In this document: positions 34,658 through 44,296 of the stretch, piece by piece
Numbering within the stretch: the stretch's first letter is position 1
Layout of the letters: every line of letters begins with the position of its first letter
Source: an uncultured Kiritimatiellota bacterium
GTDB taxonomy: Bacteria; Verrucomicrobiota; Kiritimatiellia; RFP12; UBA1067
Direction of reading: 5' to 3'
NCBI GenBank assembly: GCA_934667425.1
Contig: CAKULV010000009.1
Location: forward strand, 5,350 to 69,349
DNA: 64,000 nt
The notes under the pieces: generated by a model
Seen by the model: the letters and a program-made list of their open reading frames with translations, nothing else
What the model was told of the DNA's origin: nothing
Databases searched by the model: none
Position numbers and translations under genes: made by a program

Positions 34658-35728
34658 TCAATCGCCGGCCTCAAGGGACGGGGCCACGTCTGCGACAAGC
34701 GCATCTGTGCCTGTCAGCTCGCGCCGATAGTACGCAAGGCCTGCTATCATTGCGGCGTTGTCGCCGCAGTACTTCGGCTTGGCGAGCATCAGCTCCACGC
34801 CAGCCTTGTCCGCGACGCTGCGCAAGGCCTCGCGCAATGCGCCGTTGAGCGACACGCCTCCGCCGACTATCAGCGAACGGTAGCTGCCATTGCGCAACGC
34901 ATGCGCCGTGCGGTCGGCAAGCGACGAGACGATTGCCCTCTGGTAGCTCGCGCATATGCGTGGAATCTCGTCGGACGGGATGTCGCCCTTCTCCGCCCGC
35001 ACGTTCCTTGCGTAAGTGAGCAGCGACGTCTTAAGCCCGGAGAAGGATGTGCACAGATCGGCATCGAGTCCGGCAAGCGCGGCGGTACCGGGCCGGGGAC
35101 GCACCTTCGGGAACTGGATGTAATCGTCCCCTTCGTACCTCTTCGCCTCGCGGTCTATTATCGGCCCGCCCGGATAGCCGAGACCGAGAAGCTTCGCGGC
35201 CTTGTCGAACGCCTCTCCGGCGGCGTCGTCAAGCGTCTGCCCGATGATCCTGTACGTGCCGTACGCCGGCATGTCCACCCAGCTCGTGTGGCCTCCCGAG
35301 ACCGCCAGGCCAAGGGCCGGCATGCGATCTTCGGGCGCGATGCCGGTTTCAAGAAACGGCGTGTGCAGATGGGCCTCGATGTGGTTTATGCATATGAGCG
35401 GCACGTTCAGCGAAAGAGCAAGTCCCTTTGCCGCGTTCAAACCAACGAGAAGCGCGGGGGCGAGGCCCGGACCGTACGTCACGGCGACGGCATCGACGTC
35501 TCCAAGCCCGTTGACGGAGCCGTTCGACACGGCCTCGGAGACTGCCGCCGAAACGACCCCGGATATCTTCTCCACGTGCGCCCGCGAGGCTATCTCAGGC
35601 ACCACGCCGCCCCATGGCTGGTGGAGCTTGATCTGCGTGTAGACCACATTGGACAGCACCTTTGTCCCGTCCTTGACGATGGCACACGCCGTCTCGTCGC
35701 ATGAACTCTCAATGCCAAGCACATTCAT
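34658..35728 (-). CDS. tsaD: tRNA N6-adenosine threonylcarbamoyltransferase
   Basis: VLGIESSCDETA, INHIEAHL and GGVSLN motifs in a 356-aa ORF. Confidence 0.93.
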   Translation of the reverse strand: MNVLGIESSCDETACAIVKDGTKVLSNVVYTQIKLHQPWGGVVPEIASRAHVEKISGVVSAAVSEAVSNGSVNGLGDVDAVAVTYGPGLAPALLVGLNAAKGLALSLNVPLICINHIEAHLHTPFLETGIAPEDRMPALGLAVSGGHTSWVDMPAYGTYRIIGQTLDDAAGEAFDKAAKLLGLGYPGGPIIDREAKRYEGDDYIQFPKVRPRPGTAALAGLDADLCTSFSGLKTSLLTYARNVRAEKGDIPSDEIPRICASYQRAIVSSLADRTAHALRNGSYRSLIVGGGVSLNGALREALRSVADKAGVELMLAKPKYCGDNAAMIAGLAYYRRELTGTDALVADVAPSLEAGD

Positions 35729-35740
35729 GACAGCACCGCC

Positions 35741-36568
35741 TCACCAGAACTTCCACCAGGACTTCTTCACCGGCGTAACCCCGCCGGACTCCATGTAGAG
35801 ATCCTTCATGCGCTTCGCCCCGGCGACATCGGGATCGACCATCGGCTCCTGTGTGCGAAGCACAAGCTCGTCGGGAAGGCTCCAGAACACTGTCCGAAGG
35901 AACTGATCCTGCGTCGCCCGGTGCAGCACCACAACCTCACCGTTGGGCATTACGGATATCTTCGGGTCGGTGATCCTCAGCAGCACTCCGAGATCCGTGG
36001 TCCGCCACATCTTCCCGTGCTCGTCGTGCGCCTTCAGGAAGAGATGCTCGCGCTGCCCGCGCGTCCAATAGGCGATTTCGAAGACGCGCTTGAGCCCCGG
36101 CCTGTTGGAGAACATCTGCATGGCGCCGCCGACGCGCATCCCGGGCACGACGTCGAAGCTCACGAGCGACGACTCGAACCTGGCCCCGTCATGCACAAGC
36201 ACGGCGCGGGCGAGGTAGCGCATCGGCTCCTTGAGGTCGAAGTGGTTTCCGATGAACGTCTCGAGCTTCTGCCCCTCGGACGAATGCAGGAGGAACGGCG
36301 CGACAAACGGCTTCTTGCCGATGCGGTCCCTTGAGGCCATGTCCGATGCGCGGTAGAGCTCAAGCCTGAAGATGTCCGCAGACCCCGGCTTGCCCACGTC
36401 TATGGAGTCTGCGCTCGAATTCGCCACGTCGACAACAGCGCGGATGCGCTCGCCCACTATGTACTCCCTGCGATCCGGAACAAGCTTCACGGATATCTCG
36501 GTCGGGGCCGCCGCACCGAACAGGTGAAGCGACAGCGCAGCCGCGAGAATGGCAAATGCTGATTTCAT
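35741..36568 (-). CDS. Secreted hypothetical protein (about 275 aa)
   Basis: I prefer the ATG at 36566-36568 (MKSAFAILAAALSLHLFGAAA signal peptide), preceded by GAGAGGAG. The longer track ORF (to 36718) would overlap the upstream gene. Confidence 0.75.
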   Translation of the reverse strand: MKSAFAILAAALSLHLFGAAAPTEISVKLVPDRREYIVGERIRAVVDVANSSADSIDVGKPGSADIFRLELYRASDMASRDRIGKKPFVAPFLLHSSEGQKLETFIGNHFDLKEPMRYLARAVLVHDGARFESSLVSFDVVPGMRVGGAMQMFSNRPGLKRVFEIAYWTRGQREHLFLKAHDEHGKMWRTTDLGVLLRITDPKISVMPNGEVVVLHRATQDQFLRTVFWSLPDELVLRTQEPMVDPDVAGAKRMKDLYMESGGVTPVKKSWWKFW

Positions 36569-36581
36569 ATGACGGCTCCTC

Positions 36582-37415
36582 TCATGGTTCAACCTCAAGC
36601 CCATCGTAGGCGGGCGAGATGTGCGGCGGAAGCTCCCTAAGGTAGTCCGCATGGGAAATGTCGTGGCACATGTGTACGAGCAGCCCCCTCTTCGGCGCGA
36701 TGCGCTCCATGTACCCAAGGTTCCTGTCGAGCGTGAGGTGCGTGGGATGTTCCCGCTTGCGCAGACAGTCCAGCACCATCAGATCCACGCCCTTGAGCAG
36801 GTCTACGGCCTCGTCTGGCAATGCGCTGCAGTCGCTCGCGTACCCGATGCGGGCACCCGCGCATTCCAGAAGGTACCCGTACGTCTTCGGCCCGTGCGGA
36901 ACCTCGAACGGAGTAAGCGTGACGTCGCCGATGGAGAACGTCCCTGAAACCGGAACGAACTCAACCATCGGACGGAACAGCCCACGGTCGTTCGCCTTGC
37001 ACGAAATGTATGGGAATATGTGGCGCATCGCCTCTATCGTCTCCGCGGAGGCGAAGCACTTCATCGGCTTGCCCACGATGCGGAATGCGCGTCCGTTGGC
37101 GCCAGGGGCGTCGGGGCTGCACTGCACCTTCTCGCCGTTCAGCGTGTTGAAGCGGCGCACGTCGTCGAATCCGGCTATGTGATCCATGTGCGCGTGCGTA
37201 AGCACCACGGCATCGACCCTCGATATCCCGAAGTCGATGCACGATTCGCGCATCTCCGGCGGCGTGTCTATCAGGAACGCCGTTGCGTCCGTGCTTACGT
37301 GCACTCCCGTGCGGCGACGCCTGTCCCGTGGATCCGAAGACGTGCAGACGGGGCACTCGCATCCTATCTGCGGCACCCCGACGCTTGTTCCGGTTCCAAG
37401 AAACTTGATTTTCAT
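36582..37415 (-). CDS. MBL-fold metallo-hydrolase (PhnP/GPMBL-like)
   Basis: MKIKFLGTGTSVGVPQIGCECPVC and LTHAHMDHIAGFDD in a 277-aa ORF. Confidence 0.85.
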   Translation of the reverse strand: MKIKFLGTGTSVGVPQIGCECPVCTSSDPRDRRRRTGVHVSTDATAFLIDTPPEMRESCIDFGISRVDAVVLTHAHMDHIAGFDDVRRFNTLNGEKVQCSPDAPGANGRAFRIVGKPMKCFASAETIEAMRHIFPYISCKANDRGLFRPMVEFVPVSGTFSIGDVTLTPFEVPHGPKTYGYLLECAGARIGYASDCSALPDEAVDLLKGVDLMVLDCLRKREHPTHLTLDRNLGYMERIAPKRGLLVHMCHDISHADYLRELPPHISPAYDGLEVEP

Positions 37416-38986
37416 CAGGCCTTTTCCGGCATCTTCCCGGTCTTGAAGTACTTCTCGATCTCCTCAAGCGTCCTGCCCTTTGTCTCGGGCAGGAAGAACG
37501 CGGCAGTCACGAAGTAGATCAAGGTGAAGCCCGCAAGGCAGTAGAACACGGACGGGAAGCCCCATGCGTCCTTCCATGCCGGGAAAATCGTCGCGATCGT
37601 GGCGGAGACGCCCTGGTTGATGATCATGGCTATCGACATGCCGGTCGCGCGGATGCGCGTTGGCATAAGCTCCGAGAGTGCGAGCCATACGCAGACGCCG
37701 GGCCCCACCGCATAGAACGCGATGAACATGAAGAAGAACACTGTCGCGATCACGCCTGTCGTGGCGGACGCGGCGACAACCCCCTTCGTGATGAGCAGGA
37801 ACACCGTCGCGACGCCGCAGAGCCCGAGTATGATCCCCGAGGTGCCGAGCTTCAGCAGGAACTTGCGCCCCTTCTTGTCCACAAGCGCACACGCGACAAC
37901 AGTCATGAACACGTTCATGAGCTTGATCGCGAGATCGGAGAAGTTCGCGAACACGCCCTCCATTCCTGTCGCCTTGAAGATATCGACCGTGTAGTTGAGG
38001 ACGGAGTTGATGCCCGTGGCCTGGTTGCAGGCGAGGATGACGACCGCAAGGCAGAACGGATAGACGTACTTGCGCTGGATGAGGCTGTCGCCCTGCGATG
38101 CCTGCGCGATCGCCGCCTTTTCCGCCGCGGCCGCCTCGTCGGCGGCGATCATCTCCGCAAGTATCTCATTGGCCTTCTCTTCGCCGTTGTTTGCCGCGAG
38201 AGAGGCAAGGGCCTCTTCCTTGCGCCCCTTCTTGTACAGCCAGCGCGGGGACTCCTTGAGCCTGAATGCCCCGAGGAACAGGATGAGGCCCGGCACGGCA
38301 GAGCATAGGAATATCGCCTGCCATGCCATCGCCCACCCCTTCAGCTGCTCCGGCTTCACCCACTTCGTTATCATCTCGAACGTGATCTTGGCCGCGTCCG
38401 CCGCACCGTGTGCATCCACGACGCCATTCGCGACGGCAGCCGCATTCACGACCTTGTCTGAATCGCCGACGAGGTAGGTCACCACAAGGCCGATCACCGC
38501 CGCGAACGCGAGGCCTATCGTGAGAAGCAGCTGGAACATCCCCGTACCCTTGCCGCGAGAATCCGAATCAAGGCACTCGGCAAGGTACATCGGCACTACG
38601 ACGCCCACAAGCCCTGCGCTCGCGCCCTGGAGCGTACGGCCCACCGTCAGGAGGATGAAGTTGCCGCCTTCCATGAGGCCGGACGCGCAGATCACCGGGA
38701 TGGAGATGAAGAAGCAGAACGCGGAGGCGATGATGATCGCCTTGCGCCCGAACAGCTCCGAGAGCGACCCCGCGAAGAGGGACGACAGCACCGACCCCCA
38801 AAGCACCGCGCCCACGATGAACCCGAGCTCCACGGACGAGTAGTTCGCGGTGTTCCGGATGTACGGAAGGGCGGCGGCTATCACGCCCACGTCGATGCCG
38901 TAGATGAGCCCGCCAAGGCCCGCCATGACGAGCAGATACCTTGCATAGCGCTTTACACTGTCATTCATTTCCACTGTTCCTTTCAT
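37415..38986 (-). CDS. MFS sugar porter-family transporter
   Basis: 12-TM profile with LKESPRWL and PETKGRTLEEIE signature motifs. Extended central loop. Confidence 0.88.
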   Translation of the reverse strand: MKGTVEMNDSVKRYARYLLVMAGLGGLIYGIDVGVIAAALPYIRNTANYSSVELGFIVGAVLWGSVLSSLFAGSLSELFGRKAIIIASAFCFFISIPVICASGLMEGGNFILLTVGRTLQGASAGLVGVVVPMYLAECLDSDSRGKGTGMFQLLLTIGLAFAAVIGLVVTYLVGDSDKVVNAAAVANGVVDAHGAADAAKITFEMITKWVKPEQLKGWAMAWQAIFLCSAVPGLILFLGAFRLKESPRWLYKKGRKEEALASLAANNGEEKANEILAEMIAADEAAAAEKAAIAQASQGDSLIQRKYVYPFCLAVVILACNQATGINSVLNYTVDIFKATGMEGVFANFSDLAIKLMNVFMTVVACALVDKKGRKFLLKLGTSGIILGLCGVATVFLLITKGVVAASATTGVIATVFFFMFIAFYAVGPGVCVWLALSELMPTRIRATGMSIAMIINQGVSATIATIFPAWKDAWGFPSVFYCLAGFTLIYFVTAAFFLPETKGRTLEEIEKYFKTGKMPEKA

Positions 38987-38989
38987 CCA

Positions 38990-41929
38990 TCAATTTGACG
39001 ATTCCGACTCTGACGACTCTTCCTTGGCGAACACCTTGGGGAATATGCGTTCCGCAAGCTTCTGGCAGTTCTCGAACTCCTCAACCGCCTTGTTCACGAG
39101 CTCCTCCACGCGGGCCGGCACTGTCGGCTCGTCCGGGAAGAGGGTGCTCATCGTGAGCGCGGCGCCGAACATCAGGTTAGACCAGTCCTTGAGGCCCACA
39201 CGAGCTTCGGAGCGGTCCTGCACGAGGCCGATGATCATGTTGTTCAGCATGCCGGGCTGCTCGAAGTAGAATTTCCGCCATGTGACCTTCTCCGGCTTCG
39301 GCGCTACGGGGCGATCCTTGAGCGACCTTGCGCGGGGAGTAGGACGCTGGAGCGTGAGCGACTCGGCGTCGGTGGCGGATATCTTCGTCCCCTTCGGGTA
39401 CTTGCCCATGGTGAACTCGAAGCCCCTGCCGCGCTTTATGAAATGGTCCTGGAGCATCTGCATGCACCGTATCTTGTGGATCTGGTCGTCAACGGCCTGC
39501 CTCCCCTCCCGGGTTAGCTTCTCGAAGCCGTTCGTCATGTCGCCCATCTGCCGCATGGCGAAATTCCAGTCCAGACGGCGGAGCTCCCTGGCGGCAAGGG
39601 CGTCGTACTTCTCCTGCGCCTTGGCAATCTCTCCCTCGGCCTTGGCCCGGTACTCCTCTGCGGCCTTGCGCTTTGCAGCCTCCGCCGCCTCTGCGGCGGC
39701 CTTCTCGGCGGCAAGCTTCGCGGCGCGGGCGCGGGCGCGCTCGATCTGCTGCCTTGTGGTCGCCACGAGCGTCGGGGCCTTCTGCCTGATCGCGGCGGCC
39801 TTCTTCAGCGCCTGCTCGATCACCTTGAGGGACTTCATCGCCTCGTATTCCTCGACGAGGTCGGAGGTCTGCTTCGCGAGTTTCTCCGCAGACTCGACGC
39901 TATCCACCACGGATTTCAGGTCGCGTTCGCCCTTCTGGAGTATGAACATCAGGCAGGCGTTCACCCGTATCTCGGCGGCTCGCAGCGTCCAGAGATCCGT
40001 CCAAAGCTGCTGGAACGCCTTCAGCTGGGGCGGATACTCCACCTTCACCTCCGCCTTTGGTTCTGGGGCGGGGGCGGGCTTCGGTGGAGCCTTCGCCCCC
40101 TTCGCGTCGCCCTTCTTTGCGGTACTCTTCGCATCCTTCTTGGCGTCAGGCTTGGCCTTCTTGTCTTTCGAGGCGTCGACCTTGCCCTTCGCGTCCTTTG
40201 CGGCATCCTTGCCAGCCGGCTTCGCCGAGGCGTCGGCCTTGGCCGCCGGCGCATTCGTGGCCGCCGGTACGGCCGGGGCATTGGTCGCAGCCGCGCCATT
40301 TGCCGCCGCAGGAGCGCTGTTTGTCGCCGCGCCCGCCTGTGCGGCGCCTGCCTCGGAGGGGGCGGGCGCGGCCTCGGGCGCGGGCGCGATCGCATTCGCC
40401 AGCCGGGCTATCTTCTCCGCCACCTTGTTCGAGTACGCGACGGCATCGGTGTAGTCCTTCGTCTCCGGCGCGACAAGCACCGGCCTGCACACGTCGCGAA
40501 CCGCAGGATCGAGCATGGCGAGAAACGCATCCGAAGACTTCTTGACTTCCGCCTCGGACTTCCTGCGCTGATCCGAAACCAGCGCCGCGAACTCGGTGGC
40601 GCTCTTCATCGTCGAGCGGATGGCCGCCCTGGCCTCGTCCGCCTTGGTGTTCATGAGCGCCATGCGCTCGCGCTCCTCCGCCGCCTTGGAGGACTGTATG
40701 TACCACACGAGCCCGCCAGCCACGACGAGAAGCAGCACTACAACGCCAGCCGCGCCAAGCATGATCATCTTTCCGATGGTCATCGCCGGCTTTTCCTCCG
40801 GTGCCTCACCGTTGTCGACGGAGGCCTCTGCGGAGTCTTCATCACCTTCTACCGCCTCTTCGGCCCCATCTGCTGCCGCCCCAGACTCGTCGACGCCATC
40901 TCCGGCGGCCCCTTCCGTCTGGGCGGACTTCTTGAACATCTTCTTGCGCCTGCCCTTCATCACAAGCCTCTTGCCGCCCTTGGCGGGGGCGGATGCCGTG
41001 GATGTCTCCGGCTGTGGCGCGCCATCTCCGGCGGCGGCGTCGGCCGCCGCCACCGCCGCAGCCGCGGCGGCCTTGTCGTCTATGGCCACGCCTTCGGCAA
41101 GCGCGCGGTTTATGTCGCCGATGCACGCCTCCCACGTAGGATAGCGGTCTATCACCTCCCGCGCCATCATCTTGAGCAGTATCCTGTCCACGGACGCCGG
41201 AAGCCCCGGCCTCACTTCGCTTGGCGGCTTGGGGTTCTCCAGGAAGCGCTTCTTCACCACCTCGTTCGGGTCTTCGCCCTCGAACGGGGCAACCCCCGTA
41301 ATCGCATGGTAGATGGTCGCGCCGAGCGAATACATGTCGACGCGGAAATCAACGGCGCCCTTCCTGACCTTCTCAGGCGCGATGTAGTATGGCGTACCCC
41401 ATATTTCGTCGCCCTGGTTGTCGTCCTGCATCCCGGCAAGCCCGAAATCCACGATCTTGGCCGCGCCCGTGGAATCGAAAAGGATGTTCTCCGGCTTGAT
41501 GTCGCCATGCACGAGTCCCTGGTCGGCCGCGCAGGAAAGCCCCTCCGCCACCTGCTTGCACACGCGCATCACGCGCGTGGGGTCGATGCTCTTGCCATGA
41601 ACCTCCATGAGCCTGTACAGCGAGCCGCCGCCCGCCATCTCCATGGCGATGTACGGCTGCCCGTCCACGATGTCATACGAATATATCTGGGCGATGGACG
41701 GGTGTATGAGCCTCGCCGCAGCCTGCGCCTCGCGCCTGAACCGTTCAAGGAACTGAGGGTCTGCGCCGAGGGACTTCAGCATGACCTTCAGGGCGACCTG
41801 CCGGTCAAGCATCTTGTCCCTCGCGAGATACACGCCACCCATGCCGCCATGGCCGAGCTCCCTCTCCACGATGAACCGCCCGAATTCGCACGGCGGCTTA
41901 AGCATCGTATCCTCGTTCTCGTCGCTCAT
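38990..41929 (-). CDS. Membrane Ser/Thr protein kinase with a long Ala/Lys/Pro-rich low-complexity region and an uncharacterised C-terminal domain
   Basis: Kinase motifs VALKVM, HGDIKPENILF, DFGLA and GTPYYIAPE. TM segment MIMLGAAGVVVLLLVVAGGLVWYI. GGAG SD lies 9 nt upstream. Confidence 0.9.
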   Translation of the reverse strand: MSDENEDTMLKPPCEFGRFIVERELGHGGMGGVYLARDKMLDRQVALKVMLKSLGADPQFLERFRREAQAAARLIHPSIAQIYSYDIVDGQPYIAMEMAGGGSLYRLMEVHGKSIDPTRVMRVCKQVAEGLSCAADQGLVHGDIKPENILFDSTGAAKIVDFGLAGMQDDNQGDEIWGTPYYIAPEKVRKGAVDFRVDMYSLGATIYHAITGVAPFEGEDPNEVVKKRFLENPKPPSEVRPGLPASVDRILLKMMAREVIDRYPTWEACIGDINRALAEGVAIDDKAAAAAAVAAADAAAGDGAPQPETSTASAPAKGGKRLVMKGRRKKMFKKSAQTEGAAGDGVDESGAAADGAEEAVEGDEDSAEASVDNGEAPEEKPAMTIGKMIMLGAAGVVVLLLVVAGGLVWYIQSSKAAEERERMALMNTKADEARAAIRSTMKSATEFAALVSDQRRKSEAEVKKSSDAFLAMLDPAVRDVCRPVLVAPETKDYTDAVAYSNKVAEKIARLANAIAPAPEAAPAPSEAGAAQAGAATNSAPAAANGAAATNAPAVPAATNAPAAKADASAKPAGKDAAKDAKGKVDASKDKKAKPDAKKDAKSTAKKGDAKGAKAPPKPAPAPEPKAEVKVEYPPQLKAFQQLWTDLWTLRAAEIRVNACLMFILQKGERDLKSVVDSVESAEKLAKQTSDLVEEYEAMKSLKVIEQALKKAAAIRQKAPTLVATTRQQIERARARAAKLAAEKAAAEAAEAAKRKAAEEYRAKAEGEIAKAQEKYDALAARELRRLDWNFAMRQMGDMTNGFEKLTREGRQAVDDQIHKIRCMQMLQDHFIKRGRGFEFTMGKYPKGTKISATDAESLTLQRPTPRARSLKDRPVAPKPEKVTWRKFYFEQPGMLNNMIIGLVQDRSEARVGLKDWSNLMFGAALTMSTLFPDEPTVPARVEELVNKAVEEFENCQKLAERIFPKVFAKEESSESESSN

Positions 41930-41962
41930 AACTCTATCTCCTTACAAACTCCAGACTGTCCT

Positions 41963-43039
41963 TCACTTCACCGGACCGAAATGCCCGCCCGCAAACGGCC
42001 AGAACACGCCGGCGGCAACTCCCCGCAGATTCCTCGCCGGCACCGTTCCCCAGTATCGGCTGTCGTAGCTCGCGGGGCTGTTGTCGCCGCACGCGAAATA
42101 CTCGCCCGGCCCAAGCTTCACCTCGCCGGACACGTCGGACCTGTCCGCATAGGGGCCGGGATCGAACGGAGGGCAGTTCTCCGGCCTCACGGACTCCATC
42201 TTCACCCCGTTCACGATCAGGTACGGCTTTGCGATCTGCACTGTATCGCCGGGAGTCCCGCACATCCGCTTTATGTAGTGCGTACCCTGTACGAGCTTCC
42301 TTATGCCGGTCGTGGAGAATATCATCACGTCCCCGACGCGCGGATGCCGGAAGTTCCACAGCCAGCGGTTCACGAAGAGGAAATCCCCGATGCGGCGGTA
42401 TCCGCACCAGATACGCTCTCCGGCAACGACGTGGTCGCCATGCCCCTTCCCGCCGATGAGCCTCCCGGTGTTCTCGATGAAGGCATCCGTGGGTATCTTC
42501 TCCGTAACGTCGGGCTTCGCCGCGACGCACACGATGAAGTGGCCGTTGTTGTCCGGCCGCACTACAAGAGTGCCCGAACACGGCGCCCGGAAATCGACGA
42601 ACGTCTCGCCGGACACGAGCCACTTCAGCTGCCTGAGCACCGGGGTGCGGTCCCAGACAGTCGCGTCCTGCGGGTTCTTCCGCTCGGACCAGTTGCCGTA
42701 GAGCGTAGGGCGCATGGAACCCGTTGGAATGTTGAACGGCTGGTAGAAGTATGCGCGGAACGCCATCGCGACGGATATGGACACCACGAGGATGTCCAGC
42801 CACTCCCGCCCGGCGGCAAAGCTCTTCGGCGGATCAAGCTCGCCCAGCAGCTCCGCGCAGCGGTCTGCGTCCTTGCCAGCCCAGGCCTCGTTCAGCGCGG
42901 AAAGCTGCGCGGAGAACCGCCCCCCCTCCCGATAGTCGGGAAGATCCTCATGCGACAGCACAAAGACCCTGGCGGCGGAAAGCGTCGCCTTCATTTCCTT
43001 GCGCCGTCTGGCCTCACGTGAAAAGGGAAGGTAAAACAT
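41963..43039 (-). CDS. lepB: Signal peptidase I
   Basis: IPTGSMRPTL (catalytic Ser box), YIKRMCGTPGD (Lys box) and GDNSPASYDSRYWG. Confidence 0.9.
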   Translation of the reverse strand: MFYLPFSREARRRKEMKATLSAARVFVLSHEDLPDYREGGRFSAQLSALNEAWAGKDADRCAELLGELDPPKSFAAGREWLDILVVSISVAMAFRAYFYQPFNIPTGSMRPTLYGNWSERKNPQDATVWDRTPVLRQLKWLVSGETFVDFRAPCSGTLVVRPDNNGHFIVCVAAKPDVTEKIPTDAFIENTGRLIGGKGHGDHVVAGERIWCGYRRIGDFLFVNRWLWNFRHPRVGDVMIFSTTGIRKLVQGTHYIKRMCGTPGDTVQIAKPYLIVNGVKMESVRPENCPPFDPGPYADRSDVSGEVKLGPGEYFACGDNSPASYDSRYWGTVPARNLRGVAAGVFWPFAGGHFGPVK

Positions 43040-43047
43040 TTCGTTGC

Positions 43048-43053
43048 ATTATA
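43048..43053 (-). promoter_or_regulatory. -10 box TATAAT, 8 nt upstream of the lepB ATG
   Basis: Minus strand reads TATAAT-gcaacgaa-ATG (ATG at 43039). There is no SD in between. Confidence 0.5.
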
Positions 43054-43083
43054 TCGCAATGGAACGGCGATTTCAAGGCGGCG

Positions 43084-44241
43084 TCACTTGCAGAACGCCG
43101 GGTTCATCCAATTGCCCTTGTTGTAGAATATCTGGACGGGCTTGTCGCCATCGGGATCGGCATCCACTATGAAGAGCGCCTTGTCGCGGGAAGCCACGAT
43201 GTGCCTGCCGTCCGCCGCCCACGAGGGATCCTGCCAGGTGCCGGGGGAAGTGACCATCCGCGCCGACGATTCGCCGCCGTTCGGCTCGGAGGCCATGATG
43301 CTCCACTGCCCGGACTGGAGCGAAGACCAGCACAGCCTGCCGTTCGGGGCCCAGTCGGGATGCGTATTCTGCCGCCCCTTCGTGGTGTAGCGCGTCGACT
43401 TGCGCGTGGCCACGTCGCAGATGTACACCTGCGGGTTGCGGGTCTGGTCGGAGACGTAGGCGATCTTGCGGCCATCCGGACTCCAGCAGGGGCTGGACTC
43501 CACCGCCGCCGGCGTCTCCGTCATGCGCTTGATCCTGCGCGAGGCGAGATCCATGATGTACAGCTCGGGATTCCCCTGGTAGGAGAGGATGATCGCCACG
43601 GACCGCCCGTCGGGCGACGCGGCCGCGCCGGAGGCGCCGTTCTTGAAGAAGCCGAGGCATTCGCGACGCTCCGTCTCCACGTCGATCCTGTAGGAGAGCT
43701 GCTTCTCGTGGAGGAAGCCGGTGTAGTAGAGGTCTCTCCCGTTGAACGCCCAGCGGGGGCCTATCGCCGCGCGCCCGTCGTTCGTTATCTGCCTCATGTC
43801 CCACCCGTCGGGATAGCACATGTAAAGCTCCGCGTTGTCAGCCCCCTTGCGGTTCACGTAGGCGATGCGCTTCGTCGCAAAGCCCTTGCCGCCGTCGGAG
43901 AAGCCGTTCACTATCGCGTCGGACATCTTTCGCGCCGCCATCCGGGCTCCTGCCGCATCGGAGAACGCTTCGCTTGACGAGACCGAGCGGCCGCGGCCGG
44001 TGGCCGTGACCGTCCCGCCCGCCGTGCCAGTCACGGAGATGGAGCCCGACGGCGCGACCTTGAACCAGCCGGAAAGCTCCAGGTTCCTCTTCAGGGCCTT
44101 CACGTAGTCCGGACTGCCGCCGACCTGGACCGAGACGGTGACCTTCGCTGCGCCCTGCTTCACCACGTTCACCTGCAGCGCAGAGGCGCTTGACGCCGCC
44201 ACAGCCACGAGACAGCACAGAAATCCAACTCTAATCTTCAT
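43084..44241 (-). CDS. tolB: TolB-like periplasmic beta-propeller protein
   Basis: Signal peptide. Repeated SPDGR/WSPDGRKIAYVS/PDWAPNGR blades. No tolQRA or pal genes are adjacent. Confidence 0.8.
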   Translation of the reverse strand: MKIRVGFLCCLVAVAASSASALQVNVVKQGAAKVTVSVQVGGSPDYVKALKRNLELSGWFKVAPSGSISVTGTAGGTVTATGRGRSVSSSEAFSDAAGARMAARKMSDAIVNGFSDGGKGFATKRIAYVNRKGADNAELYMCYPDGWDMRQITNDGRAAIGPRWAFNGRDLYYTGFLHEKQLSYRIDVETERRECLGFFKNGASGAAASPDGRSVAIILSYQGNPELYIMDLASRRIKRMTETPAAVESSPCWSPDGRKIAYVSDQTRNPQVYICDVATRKSTRYTTKGRQNTHPDWAPNGRLCWSSLQSGQWSIMASEPNGGESSARMVTSPGTWQDPSWAADGRHIVASRDKALFIVDADPDGDKPVQIFYNKGNWMNPAFCK

Positions 44242-44265
44242 CTTTCCATCATTCCTTTCGTTTTG

Positions 44266-44294
44266 AAAAAAAAATCCTGTCGGCCCTCGCCAGG
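44266..44294 (-). terminator. Candidate intrinsic terminator after lpxA
   Basis: Minus-strand RNA reads CCUGGCGAGGGCCGACAGG (about 6 bp stem with one mismatch), then A, then U9. It lies immediately after the lpxA stop. Confidence 0.5.
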
Positions 44295-44296
44295 CG

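Noticed and set aside
35741-36718. 325-aa version of the secreted hypothetical protein
   Set aside because: The first 50 codons overlap the upstream MBL gene. An internal ATG at 36568 has a GAGAGGAG SD and a clean signal peptide.
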